Virus record (IMG/VR): IMGVR_UViG_3300042314_000343
Location: 39,318 to 103,317 of that record
DNA length: 64,000 nucleotides
Reading direction: 5' to 3' (one strand)
Source: a virus
Part shown: one piece after another, positions 1-8,451 of the stretch
How the letters are laid out: each line of letters starts with the position of its first letter
Numbering within the stretch: the first letter of the stretch is position 1
Made by a program: the position numbers and the translations under genes
Notes under the pieces: model-generated
Told to the model about the DNA's origin: nothing
Database searches by the model: none
Seen by the model: the letters and a program-made list of their open reading frames with translations, nothing else

Positions 1-328
1 GAAATAATCCGTAACAGTTGCTAGATCTGTTCAAAGACATTGGTCTATTTGTAGATTCATAGAATGCAATGGCTTTAGCCATCTTTAATCCATTACCAGA
101 AAACCCAGCTTGCCTGAGAATACCGTCAAGTTCTTCATCAGACAGCTGGGTAGTTCTGTCGTAACTAGCTTTTACTATTTCATATGAGCCACGAACAAAT
201 TCAATCTCGTAGCTAGGCACAGACAGAGTCTGTAATCCAGAGATGTCAGTCTGACCTAAACCAGACATATTTGTGGTACCAAGACTAGCAAGTAGACTTA
301 TGGTGCTAATAACTGCATATGTTTTCAT
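1..328 (-). CDS. Secreted lytic transglycosylase (SLT/lysozyme-like), runs off window edge; not in ORF track
   Basis: Manual translation from ATG at 328: MKTYAVISTISLLASLG (signal-like)...LRQAGFSGNGLKMAKAIAFYESTNRPMSLNRSSNCYGLF; AIAxxES and YGLF(Q) are SLT motifs. Confidence 0.75.
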   Translation of the reverse strand, partial: MKTYAVISTISLLASLGTTNMSGLGQTDISGLQTLSVPSYEIEFVRGSYEIVKASYDRTTQLSDEELDGILRQAGFSGNGLKMAKAIAFYESTNRPMSLNRSSNCYGLF

Positions 329-330
329 AA

Positions 331-948
331 TTAATTTTCTATTACTCTAATAAAGGAAATCTCGCTTTGAGAAAACCATCCATCTGTTAATTCAATTTTT
401 TCTGTTTTTGTTCCTGGTTTCTTGGAGTGGATTACCTGGTTGTTACCAGCGTAAATTCCAACATGGTAATATTTTTTAGAATTCAAATGCTTGAATCCAA
501 CAATATCTCCAACCTGTGGGGTCTGTACATAGTAGCCAGCGTTCTTTGCTTGCTTGCTAGCTGAATGATCTAGCTCAATATCAATTCCTTCATAGAACCA
601 TCTGGTCAACCCAGAGCAGTCCCACCCAGAAGGAGAGGATCCGCTAAATACGTACCAGGTCTTTCCAACATATTTTTCTAGCTCAACAAGCCTATCTTTA
701 AGAGCTTGCCTATTGGCAACTCTTTCCTTTTCAGCCTTTTGTTGTTCAGCTATATTTTTCAAAGCTTCGGCAGCTTGCTGCTCCAGCATTGTTTGTTCCT
801 TGTGAGTCTCAATGATCTGAGACATGGCGTTTACTTCGTAAACTGGCTTATATTTATTTGTACTTAATGATTTATGGTCATCAGCCACGGTAGCTGCAGA
901 ACAGCCAAGTAAAACTACTACCGCTCCTAGTATTACAATCTTTTTCAA
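331..948 (-). CDS. Secreted NlpC/P60 peptidoglycan endopeptidase
   Basis: Signal peptide, coiled coil, YVFSG...GWDCSGLT and HVGIYAGNNQVIHS catalytic motifs; SD AGGAGG before TTG. Confidence 0.9.
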   Translation of the reverse strand: MKKIVILGAVVVLLGCSAATVADDHKSLSTNKYKPVYEVNAMSQIIETHKEQTMLEQQAAEALKNIAEQQKAEKERVANRQALKDRLVELEKYVGKTWYVFSGSSPSGWDCSGLTRWFYEGIDIELDHSASKQAKNAGYYVQTPQVGDIVGFKHLNSKKYYHVGIYAGNNQVIHSKKPGTKTEKIELTDGWFSQSEISFIRVIEN

Positions 949-1006
949 GTTGCACCTCCTAAAGCAAAAAGCACCTTTTTTAAGGGTGCCTAGATTTGGT
1001 CTTAAT

Positions 1007-1035
1007 ATTATAGCATCGTTTGCCTAGATTGTCAT
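1007..1035 (-). promoter_or_regulatory. Sigma70-type promoter for the hydrolase pair
   Basis: On - strand ATGACA-17bp-TATAAT with extended TG. Confidence 0.65.
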
Positions 1036-1043
1036 GCTATAAT
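1035..1043 (+). promoter_or_regulatory. Extended -10 promoter, leaderless transcript
   Basis: TGCTATAAT ending 6 nt before ATG 1050, no SD. Confidence 0.7.
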
Positions 1044-1049
1044 TAAAAC

Positions 1050-1565
1050 ATGGCACAAGGAAGATCAGACGGGCTGGACCTGCCCTACCCACTAGCAGAA
1101 GATTACGTCAACGTTCACGGAGACATTCGTCAGCTAGTAGAAAAGCTTGAGGTTGTACTACCTCCGCTTGGACTTTCGTATTTTCAGCTTCAGGTTACCA
1201 ATAACAGTGGTGCAGCCATAGCAGCAGGAGATCCTCTGGTTGCATCAGGTTTTACCACAAAGACAAACGTTAGAGAGGCTATTGCTGCTGACGTGCTACC
1301 AATTTTGGGTCTAGCTAAAGAAGCAATTCCAAACGGAACTGATGGCGTAGCTGTTGTTGCTGGAGTTCTAAATGGGGTAAACACTTCTGGATTTGCAGCT
1401 GGAGATATTCTATATGTTGGAGTATCTGGAGGACTTACCAATGTCAGACCTTCCGCAGGTGGAGGTGCCGTAGGGCTTGTTGCACACGCAGCAACAGATG
1501 GTGTAGTTATCGTTGAGCCAAAGGGCAATGGAACTTGGGGAGCACTCAAGGCTGGACTAGCCTAA
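1050..1565 (+). CDS. Virion structural protein (capsid cement/fibre adaptor-like)
   Basis: Gly/Ala/Val-rich beta pattern (AAGDILYVGVSGGLTNVRP), first gene of fibre cluster. Confidence 0.5.
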   Translation: MAQGRSDGLDLPYPLAEDYVNVHGDIRQLVEKLEVVLPPLGLSYFQLQVTNNSGAAIAAGDPLVASGFTTKTNVREAIAADVLPILGLAKEAIPNGTDGVAVVAGVLNGVNTSGFAAGDILYVGVSGGLTNVRPSAGGGAVGLVAHAATDGVVIVEPKGNGTWGALKAGLA

Positions 1566-1568
1566 AGG

Positions 1569-1577
1569 TGGTATAAT
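1569..1577 (+). promoter_or_regulatory. Extended -10 promoter, leaderless transcript
   Basis: TGGTATAAT 6 nt before ATG 1584. Confidence 0.7.
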
Positions 1578-1583
1578 AATAAA

Positions 1584-1973
1584 ATGGCCAGATCAAAATC
1601 TTATGAAGTCGGAAGTATTCCACCGCAGGTGGCGTGGACAGTAGTCCGTGGAGACACTGCCTCATTCAAGGTTTACGTTACAAATGATGCAAAGCAAGCA
1701 CTAGAGCTAGAAGACTGGACAATCGCAATGAAGATAAAGCGTCCAAACCTAGCTAAGAATTCTGGAATTATTACTGACGACGCCACTCTAATTTCTACCC
1801 TCACACCTGCCGCAGATGAGGACGACCTTCCTGGAGAGTTTACCGTATCTCTAACAGCTAACGAGTCTTTAAATCTGCAAACTGGAGACATATTTGATAT
1901 TCAGCTATCTCAGCCAGGAACTGTTTGGACAGTTGCCCAGGGAAGAATGGTTATCATTGAAGATGTGACATAA
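1584..1973 (+). CDS. Beta-sandwich fibre adaptor-like structural protein
   Basis: VVRGDTA...F.VSLTA.ES..L.....DIQL pattern typical of fibre adaptor domains; context. Confidence 0.45.
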   Translation: MARSKSYEVGSIPPQVAWTVVRGDTASFKVYVTNDAKQALELEDWTIAMKIKRPNLAKNSGIITDDATLISTLTPAADEDDLPGEFTVSLTANESLNLQTGDIFDIQLSQPGTVWTVAQGRMVIIEDVT

Positions 1974-2197
1974 TGGCAAAAGCAGTCATAGTAGCTGATA
2001 CAAAGCGACACACAAGAAAGATCACACCATCAAACTTTTTTAACTCAAAAATAAAGTTTAAGTCTGGAAATGCAAAGATAGACGAAGTTCTTCCATTCAG
2101 GGTTAAGTTTATAAACGTTGATATCGCTCAATACACAAGCACTACCCCAGCAGGTATTGGAATTGCAATCATTGGAGTTAGTAACTACATCTTGTAA
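1973..2197 (+). CDS. Hypothetical small structural protein
   Basis: TAATG coupling to upstream gene; hydrophobic C-terminus GIGIAIIGVSNYIL. Confidence 0.6.
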   Translation: MAKAVIVADTKRHTRKITPSNFFNSKIKFKSGNAKIDEVLPFRVKFINVDIAQYTSTTPAGIGIAIIGVSNYIL

Positions 2198-2204
2198 AGA
2201 TAAA

Positions 2205-2213
2205 TGTTATAAT
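2205..2213 (+). promoter_or_regulatory. Extended -10 promoter, leaderless transcript
   Basis: TGTTATAAT 7 nt before ATG 2221. Confidence 0.7.
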
Positions 2214-2220
2214 GTAATTT

Positions 2221-2544
2221 ATGGCTATTTTAACTATTCAGCAGTTGCTAAACAAATTTGGCCCTGGAGAGATTCCAAGATCTGACGACTACCAGGACCT
2301 AATTCAAACGCTCTCGGATGATAGAAATGCCGTCCACTTTTCTGACACACAGCCAGCAGACCCTTTGGCTACCCCAATATGGTTTAATACTTCTTCGCTC
2401 ACACTTTCCGTATATGACTCAGAGTGGAAGTCTGTTGGTGTACTTCTAGATATTTCCTCAGCTGCAAATGGAGATGTTCTGGTATATTCATCTAGTAATG
2501 ATGCCTGGGAAAACCAGTCCGTACTAGATGGAGGCACCCCATAA
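2221..2544 (+). CDS. Fibre module protein (N1 module + PxxP..WF module + C-terminal LDGGTP)
   Basis: N-terminus similar to 2573 gene, C-terminal half similar to 4904 gene. Confidence 0.65.
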   Translation: MAILTIQQLLNKFGPGEIPRSDDYQDLIQTLSDDRNAVHFSDTQPADPLATPIWFNTSSLTLSVYDSEWKSVGVLLDISSAANGDVLVYSSSNDAWENQSVLDGGTP

Positions 2545-2572
2545 TCATAAAAAAAACCAGTATACTTGTTAC

Positions 2573-3019
2573 ATGTCCAGATCCCAAATCACATATGTTA
2601 AGTCTCGCTTTGAAAGCGGAGACAGGCCATCACAATCAGACTACGAAGACCTGATTGATACCTCTACCGCTCAGGCTACAGACCTGGGCACCTTTGGAAA
2701 TAACGAAAACACCATCACAGGCATTGAGAACGTCACACACATTGATGAGTTTGATGCGACGGTATGGAGAATGGTAAAGTATGTAATCTCACTGTCAAAG
2801 ACGACCCAGGGAGACAACTACTTTTATGCAACAGAGTTGACCGTACTAATTGATGGAGAAGATGTCTCTGTTAGCGAGTACGGCACAATTGACAACGATG
2901 GGAATATGGGAACCATTAGCGTCTCTAGGACTGGAGATACGGTTAAACTTACCGTTACCCCAGATTCAGTCATTAAGCCAGTTACCGTACGTTTTGCACG
3001 TATGGGACTTAAGGCATAA
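2573..3019 (+). CDS. Fibre module protein (N1 module + C2 beta domain); start revised from 2528
   Basis: TATACT at 2561-2566 is 6 nt before in-frame ATG 2573; MSRSQ... aligns with start of 2221 protein. Confidence 0.7.
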   Translation: MSRSQITYVKSRFESGDRPSQSDYEDLIDTSTAQATDLGTFGNNENTITGIENVTHIDEFDATVWRMVKYVISLSKTTQGDNYFYATELTVLIDGEDVSVSEYGTIDNDGNMGTISVSRTGDTVKLTVTPDSVIKPVTVRFARMGLKA

Positions 3020-3039
3020 CTAAAACAGGAGATAATAAA

Positions 3040-4863
3040 ATGGCAACAGTCGTAAAAGACTTTAAGATTAAGAGCGGACTGGTTGTTGAGGGTACCACAG
3101 GAACCATCAACACCTACGACATTCTTACAAAGAAGCAAGCAGACCAGGATTACATCATTGGTCTTATCGGTGGCACAGCCACTTCAGAAAACACAGCAGA
3201 CACCGTTGTAAAGCGTGATGAGGATGGCAGCTTTGCTGCTGAAGTCATTACAGCAGAAGGCGGATTTGTTGGTAACCTAACAGGTGACGTAACAGGTGAT
3301 GTATCTGGTAATGCAGGTACCGCAACTGCACTAGAAACAGCTCGCACCATTGAGCTAACTGGTGACGTAACTGGCTCTGTATCATTTGATGGTACATCAA
3401 ACGTTCAGATCTCTGCAACCATTGATGGTGACTTTGCAACTGACTCAGAGGTAGCAACTGCTAAGCAGGAAGCTATTGATGCAGCTGCTCTAGATGCAAC
3501 TTCAAAGGCAGACGCCGCTGAAGAAGCCGCTAACGACTACACAGATGGTCGTGAAACAGCTATCACTACAGCTTACCAGTCTTACGCAGACCAGGCAGAG
3601 CTAGACGCTGTTGCAACTGCAGAGTCTTACACAGACGCTCGTGAGACTGCTATCACAACCGCTTACGAAGCATACGCTGACCAGGCAGAGGTAGACGCTA
3701 AGGCCTACACAGACGCTCGTGAAACAGCAATCACAACTGCCTACCAGTCTTACGCAGACCAGGCAGAAGTAGATGCTAAGGCATACGCAGACCAGAAGGT
3801 TGCAGACCTAGTAGATGGTGCACCAGCACTTCTAGACACTCTAAACGAGTTGGCAGCAGCACTTGAGGACAACCCAGATGTTATTGCTGACCTAAGAGAC
3901 ATTGCTGATGGAAAGCAGGACACCCTAACCGCAGGTGCAAACATTGACATTACAGGAGACACAATTTCTGTAACTGGTCTAGACACCAACGACGTTGCTG
4001 AAGGAACTAACCTTTACTTCACAGACGCTCGTGCAGTTACTGCAAACACTGGTCTATGGGACACCATTGGTGCCGCATCAGACGCACAGGAAGCAGCAGA
4101 GGACTTCGCTACCGCAGCAGACACAACCCTTTACGGAACTGTTACTGGCGACATCGCAACTGCAAAGTCGGAAGCTGGAACAATTGCTCAGGGCTATGCT
4201 AACACTGCAGAGCAGAACGCAAAGGACTACGCTGACGGAATCGTTGAAGAGCTTGACGGCATCGTTAACGACCTAACCACAGACGACATTGCAGAGGGTA
4301 CAAACCTTTACTTCACTGACGGCCGTGCCAAGACATCTGCAGCAGAGCTTCTAACTGGTGCAACCCTAACCAACATTACCATCACTGGTAACGGTTCTGG
4401 TCTAACAATTACCGCAGAAAACGGTGTAGCTGACTCTACCACTGACGACCTTGAAGAAGGAGAGGACAACCTTTACTTCCTAGACTCACGTGCAGTAACA
4501 GCTCTTGAAGCAGTAGTTCCAAACTTTACAGCTGTAGAGTTTAACTCTGTTGCAAAGCAGGTAGCTGCAGAGGCATCAGTCGCAACAGCAAGCACAAGCA
4601 ATGCACTAACATGGGCAAAGGCTGAGTACCGCTCTGCTGAGTTCCTAGTCAAGATCAAGCAGGGTAACCACACAGAGGTTTCCAAGCTAGTTCTAACAAT
4701 GGACGTATCTGACAACATTGCTATCACCGAATACGCAATGGTTGGAACTAACGGAGACCTAGGATCCTACTCTGCTACCGTATCTGGTGACAACGTAGCC
4801 CTAACCGTAACCACCCTAAACAATAACTCTGATGTTATGGTTGTAGGAACACTGCTTAAGTAA
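3040..4863 (+). CDS. Long fibre protein (N2 module, helical repeats, EGxxNLYF repeats, C2 domain)
   Basis: SD AGGAG; ARTIELTGDVTGSVSFDG, APALLDTLNELAAAL and NLYFTxxRA motifs typical of phage fibres. Confidence 0.8.
   Translation: MATVVKDFKIKSGLVVEGTTGTINTYDILTKKQADQDYIIGLIGGTATSENTADTVVKRDEDGSFAAEVITAEGGFVGNLTGDVTGDVSGNAGTATALETARTIELTGDVTGSVSFDGTSNVQISATIDGDFATDSEVATAKQEAIDAAALDATSKADAAEEAANDYTDGRETAITTAYQSYADQAELDAVATAESYTDARETAITTAYEAYADQAEVDAKAYTDARETAITTAYQSYADQAEVDAKAYADQKVADLVDGAPALLDTLNELAAALEDNPDVIADLRDIADGKQDTLTAGANIDITGDTISVTGLDTNDVAEGTNLYFTDARAVTANTGLWDTIGAASDAQEAAEDFATAADTTLYGTVTGDIATAKSEAGTIAQGYANTAEQNAKDYADGIVEELDGIVNDLTTDDIAEGTNLYFTDGRAKTSAAELLTGATLTNITITGNGSGLTITAENGVADSTTDDLEEGEDNLYFLDSRAVTALEAVVPNFTAVEFNSVAKQVAAEASVATASTSNALTWAKAEYRSAEFLVKIKQGNHTEVSKLVLTMDVSDNIAITEYAMVGTNGDLGSYSATVSGDNVALTVTTLNNNSDVMVVGTLLK
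3538..3795 (+). repeat. Three imperfect tandem coding repeats (YTDxRETAITTAYxxYADQAExDA)
   Basis: Units of about 78-90 bp starting near 3538, 3628 and 3706. Confidence 0.85.
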
Positions 4864-4903
4864 GCAAAACAAAACAAGTTAATCTGAAAGGAGGAGTATT
4901 TAA

Positions 4904-5290
4904 ATGAGCACAATGGACAAGGACTTCAAAGTCAAAAACGGAATCCAGGTAACTGGAGGTGGAACCTTTGGAGCACCAGTCGTAGTTGCTACACCAACGG
5001 AAGACAATCACGCAGTAACAAGGGCATACCTTGACGATGCGATTGCTACCCCAGTTGGAGATACTCCTCCTTCAGATCCAACAAATGGAGACTTTTGGTT
5101 TGACACTGAAACCGAAAGACTGAAGGTATATTTCAACACAGAGTGGATCAGCCTTGCAACAAGAGGAGATCAGATTCCTGATCACATCCACGACACAACC
5201 ATTGACGGCGATGGAAGAATTACAGAGATTTTCTGGGACGGCCAGTTCCCAGAATTGGCAATGCAGATTCTGGATGGCGGAACCCCGTAA
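4904..5290 (+). CDS. Fibre module protein (N2 module + PxxP..WF module + C-terminal LDGGTP)
   Basis: KDFKVKNG N-terminus shared with 3040 protein; SD AGGAGG. Confidence 0.7.
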   Translation: MSTMDKDFKVKNGIQVTGGGTFGAPVVVATPTEDNHAVTRAYLDDAIATPVGDTPPSDPTNGDFWFDTETERLKVYFNTEWISLATRGDQIPDHIHDTTIDGDGRITEIFWDGQFPELAMQILDGGTP

Positions 5291-5318
5291 TCTTTAACCC
5301 TGTTTGCAAAAAAATAAC

Positions 5319-5327
5319 TGGTATAAT
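5319..5327 (+). promoter_or_regulatory. Extended -10 promoter
   Basis: TGGTATAAT upstream of collagen fibre gene, followed by SD AGGAG. Confidence 0.65.
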
Positions 5328-5365
5328 TAAGTAATTGGTAGCACCCCAATAGGAGAATTTTAAAT

Positions 5366-7330
5366 ATGGCAACTAGAATGCAGCAACGCAGAGGAACTGC
5401 GTCACAGTGGACAACAGCTAACACAATTTTGGCAGCTGGAGAAATCGGTTTTGAGACCGACACCAACCAGTTTAAGATTGGTGATGGAACCACTGCTTGG
5501 TCATCTTTGCCATACTTCAAGAACCTTGAAGACCTAGGTGCTAACCTAGATGACTACGTTCTAGTAGAGCTATTGGGAGAGCCAGAAGGTGTTGCTACTC
5601 TAGATGCAACAGGAAAGCTTACAGACTCTCAGATTCCAGATACAATTCATGGACCTACTGGCCCTACAGGTCCTACAGGACCAATCGGACCTACTGGTGC
5701 AGATGGAGAAATGGGTCCAGAGGGACCACAGGGTGAGACTGGAGACGACGGTGCTGTCGGACCAACAGGCCCAACTGGACCGCAGGGTACAGATATTCAC
5801 TTCGCAGGATCAGTTGCTGACGTAGCAAGCCTGCCATCAAGCGGTAACGAAGTAAACGATGCGTACATTGTTGACGCTGACGGAAACCTATACGTATGGA
5901 ACGGAACTTCCTGGACTGACGCTGGTCAGATTGTTGGACCGCAGGGAGATACTGGTCCTACTGGACCAACGGGGCCAGAGGGTCCACTAGGTGGAGTATT
6001 TTATGTAAGTGCAACACAGCCTACAACTACGGTTGACGGTTCTGTTTGGTTCCAGGAAGGAACTGGACTATCTTATGTTTATGTTGCAGATGAAACTTCT
6101 TGGGAATTGCTAAACATGTTTGGACCTACTGGTCCACAGGGACAGGTTGGGCCAACTGGACCTCAAGGTGCTACTGGAGATACTGGACCAACAGGGCCAG
6201 TCGGAAATGTGGGTCCTACAGGGCCAATCGGTGCTACAGGACCACAAGGTGACCAGGGACTTCAGGGTGCTCAGGGTGACCAGGGTGACCTAGGACCAAC
6301 AGGTCCACAGGGAGAAATGGGGCCAACAGGACCTCAAGGATCTCTAGGACCAACAGGTCCACAGGGTCCTACAGGACCAATCGGACCAACTGGACCAACT
6401 GGTGCTGACTCTACCGTAGCAGGACCAACAGGTCCTACAGGTGCAACTGGTCCACAGGGTGTTGCTGGTGAAGACTCTACTGTTCCAGGTCCTACAGGAC
6501 CAACTGGACCTACAGGACCACAGGGATCGTTCGGTGGTGCAACATTTGACTACACCTATGACTCTGAAACAAGCCACCCAGAAACGCTGCCTGATGGAGT
6601 TCTAAGGCTGAACAACGCAGACTTGACACTTGCCACGGCACTCTACATTGACTTCCTAGATGATGCATCAGTAAACGTCTACAACTTCTTGCAGACAATT
6701 GATGACTCAACATCTGCAGTTAAGGGGTCATTTAAGCTTTACAAGAAATCCGCCCCAGATGACTTTGTGTTCTTTAACATAGTCGGAGAGCACACTCATG
6801 TCACAGACCACTTTGACGTACCAGTTGCGTATGTTACTGGATCTGTTTCAAGCTTCTCAGACAACGAAGATGTGTTGATCACATTTGCAAGAACTGGTGA
6901 CATTGGTGACACTGGACCTACAGGTCCAACAGGACCAGCAGGAGCTACGGGACCAACAGGTCCACAGGGAAATGCAGGACCAACAGGTCCAACTGGACCA
7001 GCAGGTGCTGACTCCCCAACAGTAGTCTCAATTGTTTCTGCAACTGACAACTATAGCGTAACAGCAGCAGACAAGAACAAGATGGTTAAGATCACCTCTT
7101 CTTCTGCTAAGACAGTTACCTTCCCAACTATATCTACCGAACCAACTCTTGAGGTAGGCATGACCTTTACAATTGCTCAGATGGGAACTGGAAGACTAAC
7201 AATGACTCCAGCATCATCAGCAGTTGTATACACCACACCAGGAAACAAGACTAGAGCTCAGTACTCAACTGTATCTGCACTCTACCTTGGTTCTAACGAA
7301 TGGCTAGTCTCAGGAGATTTGGCGGTATAA
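5366..7330 (+). CDS. Collagen-like fibre with Mtd_N-type N-terminal domain
   Basis: QRRGTASQW...[18 protein letters not shown]...W..LPY (Mtd_N/hyaluronidase N-terminus); four Gly-X-Y tracts rich in GPT; C-terminal beta domain ending W..SGDL. Confidence 0.9.
   Translation: MATRMQQRRGTASQWTTANTILAAGEIGFETDTNQFKIGDGTTAWSSLPYFKNLEDLGANLDDYVLVELLGEPEGVATLDATGKLTDSQIPDTIHGPTGPTGPTGPIGPTGADGEMGPEGPQGETGDDGAVGPTGPTGPQGTDIHFAGSVADVASLPSSGNEVNDAYIVDADGNLYVWNGTSWTDAGQIVGPQGDTGPTGPTGPEGPLGGVFYVSATQPTTTVDGSVWFQEGTGLSYVYVADETSWELLNMFGPTGPQGQVGPTGPQGATGDTGPTGPVGNVGPTGPIGATGPQGDQGLQGAQGDQGDLGPTGPQGEMGPTGPQGSLGPTGPQGPTGPIGPTGPTGADSTVAGPTGPTGATGPQGVAGEDSTVPGPTGPTGPTGPQGSFGGATFDYTYDSETSHPETLPDGVLRLNNADLTLATALYIDFLDDASVNVYNFLQTIDDSTSAVKGSFKLYKKSAPDDFVFFNIVGEHTHVTDHFDVPVAYVTGSVSSFSDNEDVLITFARTGDIGDTGPTGPTGPAGATGPTGPQGNAGPTGPTGPAGADSPTVVSIVSATDNYSVTAADKNKMVKITSSSAKTVTFPTISTEPTLEVGMTFTIAQMGTGRLTMTPASSAVVYTTPGNKTRAQYSTVSALYLGSNEWLVSGDLAV
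5651..7010 (+). repeat. Gly-X-Y collagen repeats in four tracts, dominated by Gly-Pro-Thr
   Basis: Direct translation; synonymous codons vary between repeats. Confidence 0.9.
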
Positions 7331-7333
7331 CAT

Positions 7334-8413
7334 ATGTTTAGAGATATATTTAGAGGTTCACTATCATCAGCTTTCCGAAAGGTAATCGGAACAGCAGGAT
7401 CTAACCCATTTAACGATGACTTTAATCGTACAGATGGTTCTATTAATCCAGCTGAAGACGGTGGAGTTTGGCAGGCTATAAGAGGAACCTTTCAGGTTTC
7501 TGGAAACAAGGCATCATCTCTAAATGACTCTAACTATCCAATCGCAGCTGTAGACTCGTTCACATCAAACGTTGACGTTGACATCAAGGGAACCACTGGT
7601 GCAGGTGCTGCACTTTGGGTAACGGATTCTGGAAACTGGTGGTCAGTGGGAGCGGTACAGACATCTGAATCATGTAACTGTACAGAATACTACAACAGCT
7701 ATACATACACATATTACTACACTTACATCTCTGGATACAACCAGGGAAACTGTGTAAGAAATAATAATGACTGCTGTGCCTCAAACTACTGCCTATACTA
7801 TAGCGGTGGAAACTGTGCAGCCTACGAATGTGTGGCATACAATACCTCAAACTGCTGTGGATTTAGCTGCTATGGCTACAATGCCTACAACTCTAGAAAC
7901 AAGACTGGTGGAAACTGTATGGGTAACTTCTGCTCTTGCTATAATGGATCTAACTGTGCTGCAACTGGATGCTCGGCCTATAACCCAATCGTATGTGGAC
8001 AGTACGCCTGCTCTGACTACACGTCTTGCAACAACTGTGCAGAGTACAACGCTGGAAACCCTAACTATGCAGAGGCATCTGCAAATGCAACTGGATACAA
8101 TGGACCATACTACAGCTGCCAGACATGCTACCCTAGCTACATCAGGGTATTCCAGTCCGCATCAAACGTGGTAACAACCATGCTAACTCAAGCAGTTAGT
8201 GCAGTGGTTCAGTCACTAAAGGTAAAGACCAACGGAAACCAGATAACTGTAAAGGCCTACTCTGATGCAAACCAGGTCACACAGATTGGTAGCGACATTG
8301 TGTACACTGCTACTGGTGCAGCGATTGCTCCTAGATTTGGAATCACAGTTGTGCCTAGCTCTTACGGACAAACCTACAACGTTGACGAAGTCACAATAAC
8401 ACCAAACTCGTAG
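7334..8413 (+). CDS. Putative receptor-binding/fibre-tip protein: beta-sandwich with Cys/Tyr/Asn-rich insertion
   Basis: FNDDFNR N-terminal and RFGI...VDEV C-terminal lectin-like strands flank 22 Cys between aa 114 and 265. Confidence 0.6.
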   Translation: MFRDIFRGSLSSAFRKVIGTAGSNPFNDDFNRTDGSINPAEDGGVWQAIRGTFQVSGNKASSLNDSNYPIAAVDSFTSNVDVDIKGTTGAGAALWVTDSGNWWSVGAVQTSESCNCTEYYNSYTYTYYYTYISGYNQGNCVRNNNDCCASNYCLYYSGGNCAAYECVAYNTSNCCGFSCYGYNAYNSRNKTGGNCMGNFCSCYNGSNCAATGCSAYNPIVCGQYACSDYTSCNNCAEYNAGNPNYAEASANATGYNGPYYSCQTCYPSYIRVFQSASNVVTTMLTQAVSAVVQSLKVKTNGNQITVKAYSDANQVTQIGSDIVYTATGAAIAPRFGITVVPSSYGQTYNVDEVTITPNS

Positions 8414-8417
8414 TTCG

Positions 8418-8426
8418 TGATATACT
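8418..8426 (+). promoter_or_regulatory. Extended -10 promoter heading the modification cassette
   Basis: TGATATACT just after stop of 7334 gene. Confidence 0.6.
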
Positions 8427-8451
8427 TGGTATATCAAAAAAGAGAGAGACT

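Noticed and set aside
2524-5290. LDGGTP as a ubiquitin/Pup-like conjugation tag or sortase signal
   Set aside because: GG is not terminal, no ligase or protease is nearby, no TM/basic tail follows, and one copy is internal
5651-7010. CRISPR-like or non-coding repeat array
   Set aside because: Repeats are in-frame Gly-X-Y codons with synonymous variation
7673-8128. Diversity-generating retroelement target (AAC/TAC-rich region near an Mtd_N gene)
   Set aside because: No second near-identical copy differing at adenines and no reverse transcriptase in the window; composition is explained by the Asn/Tyr/Cys protein
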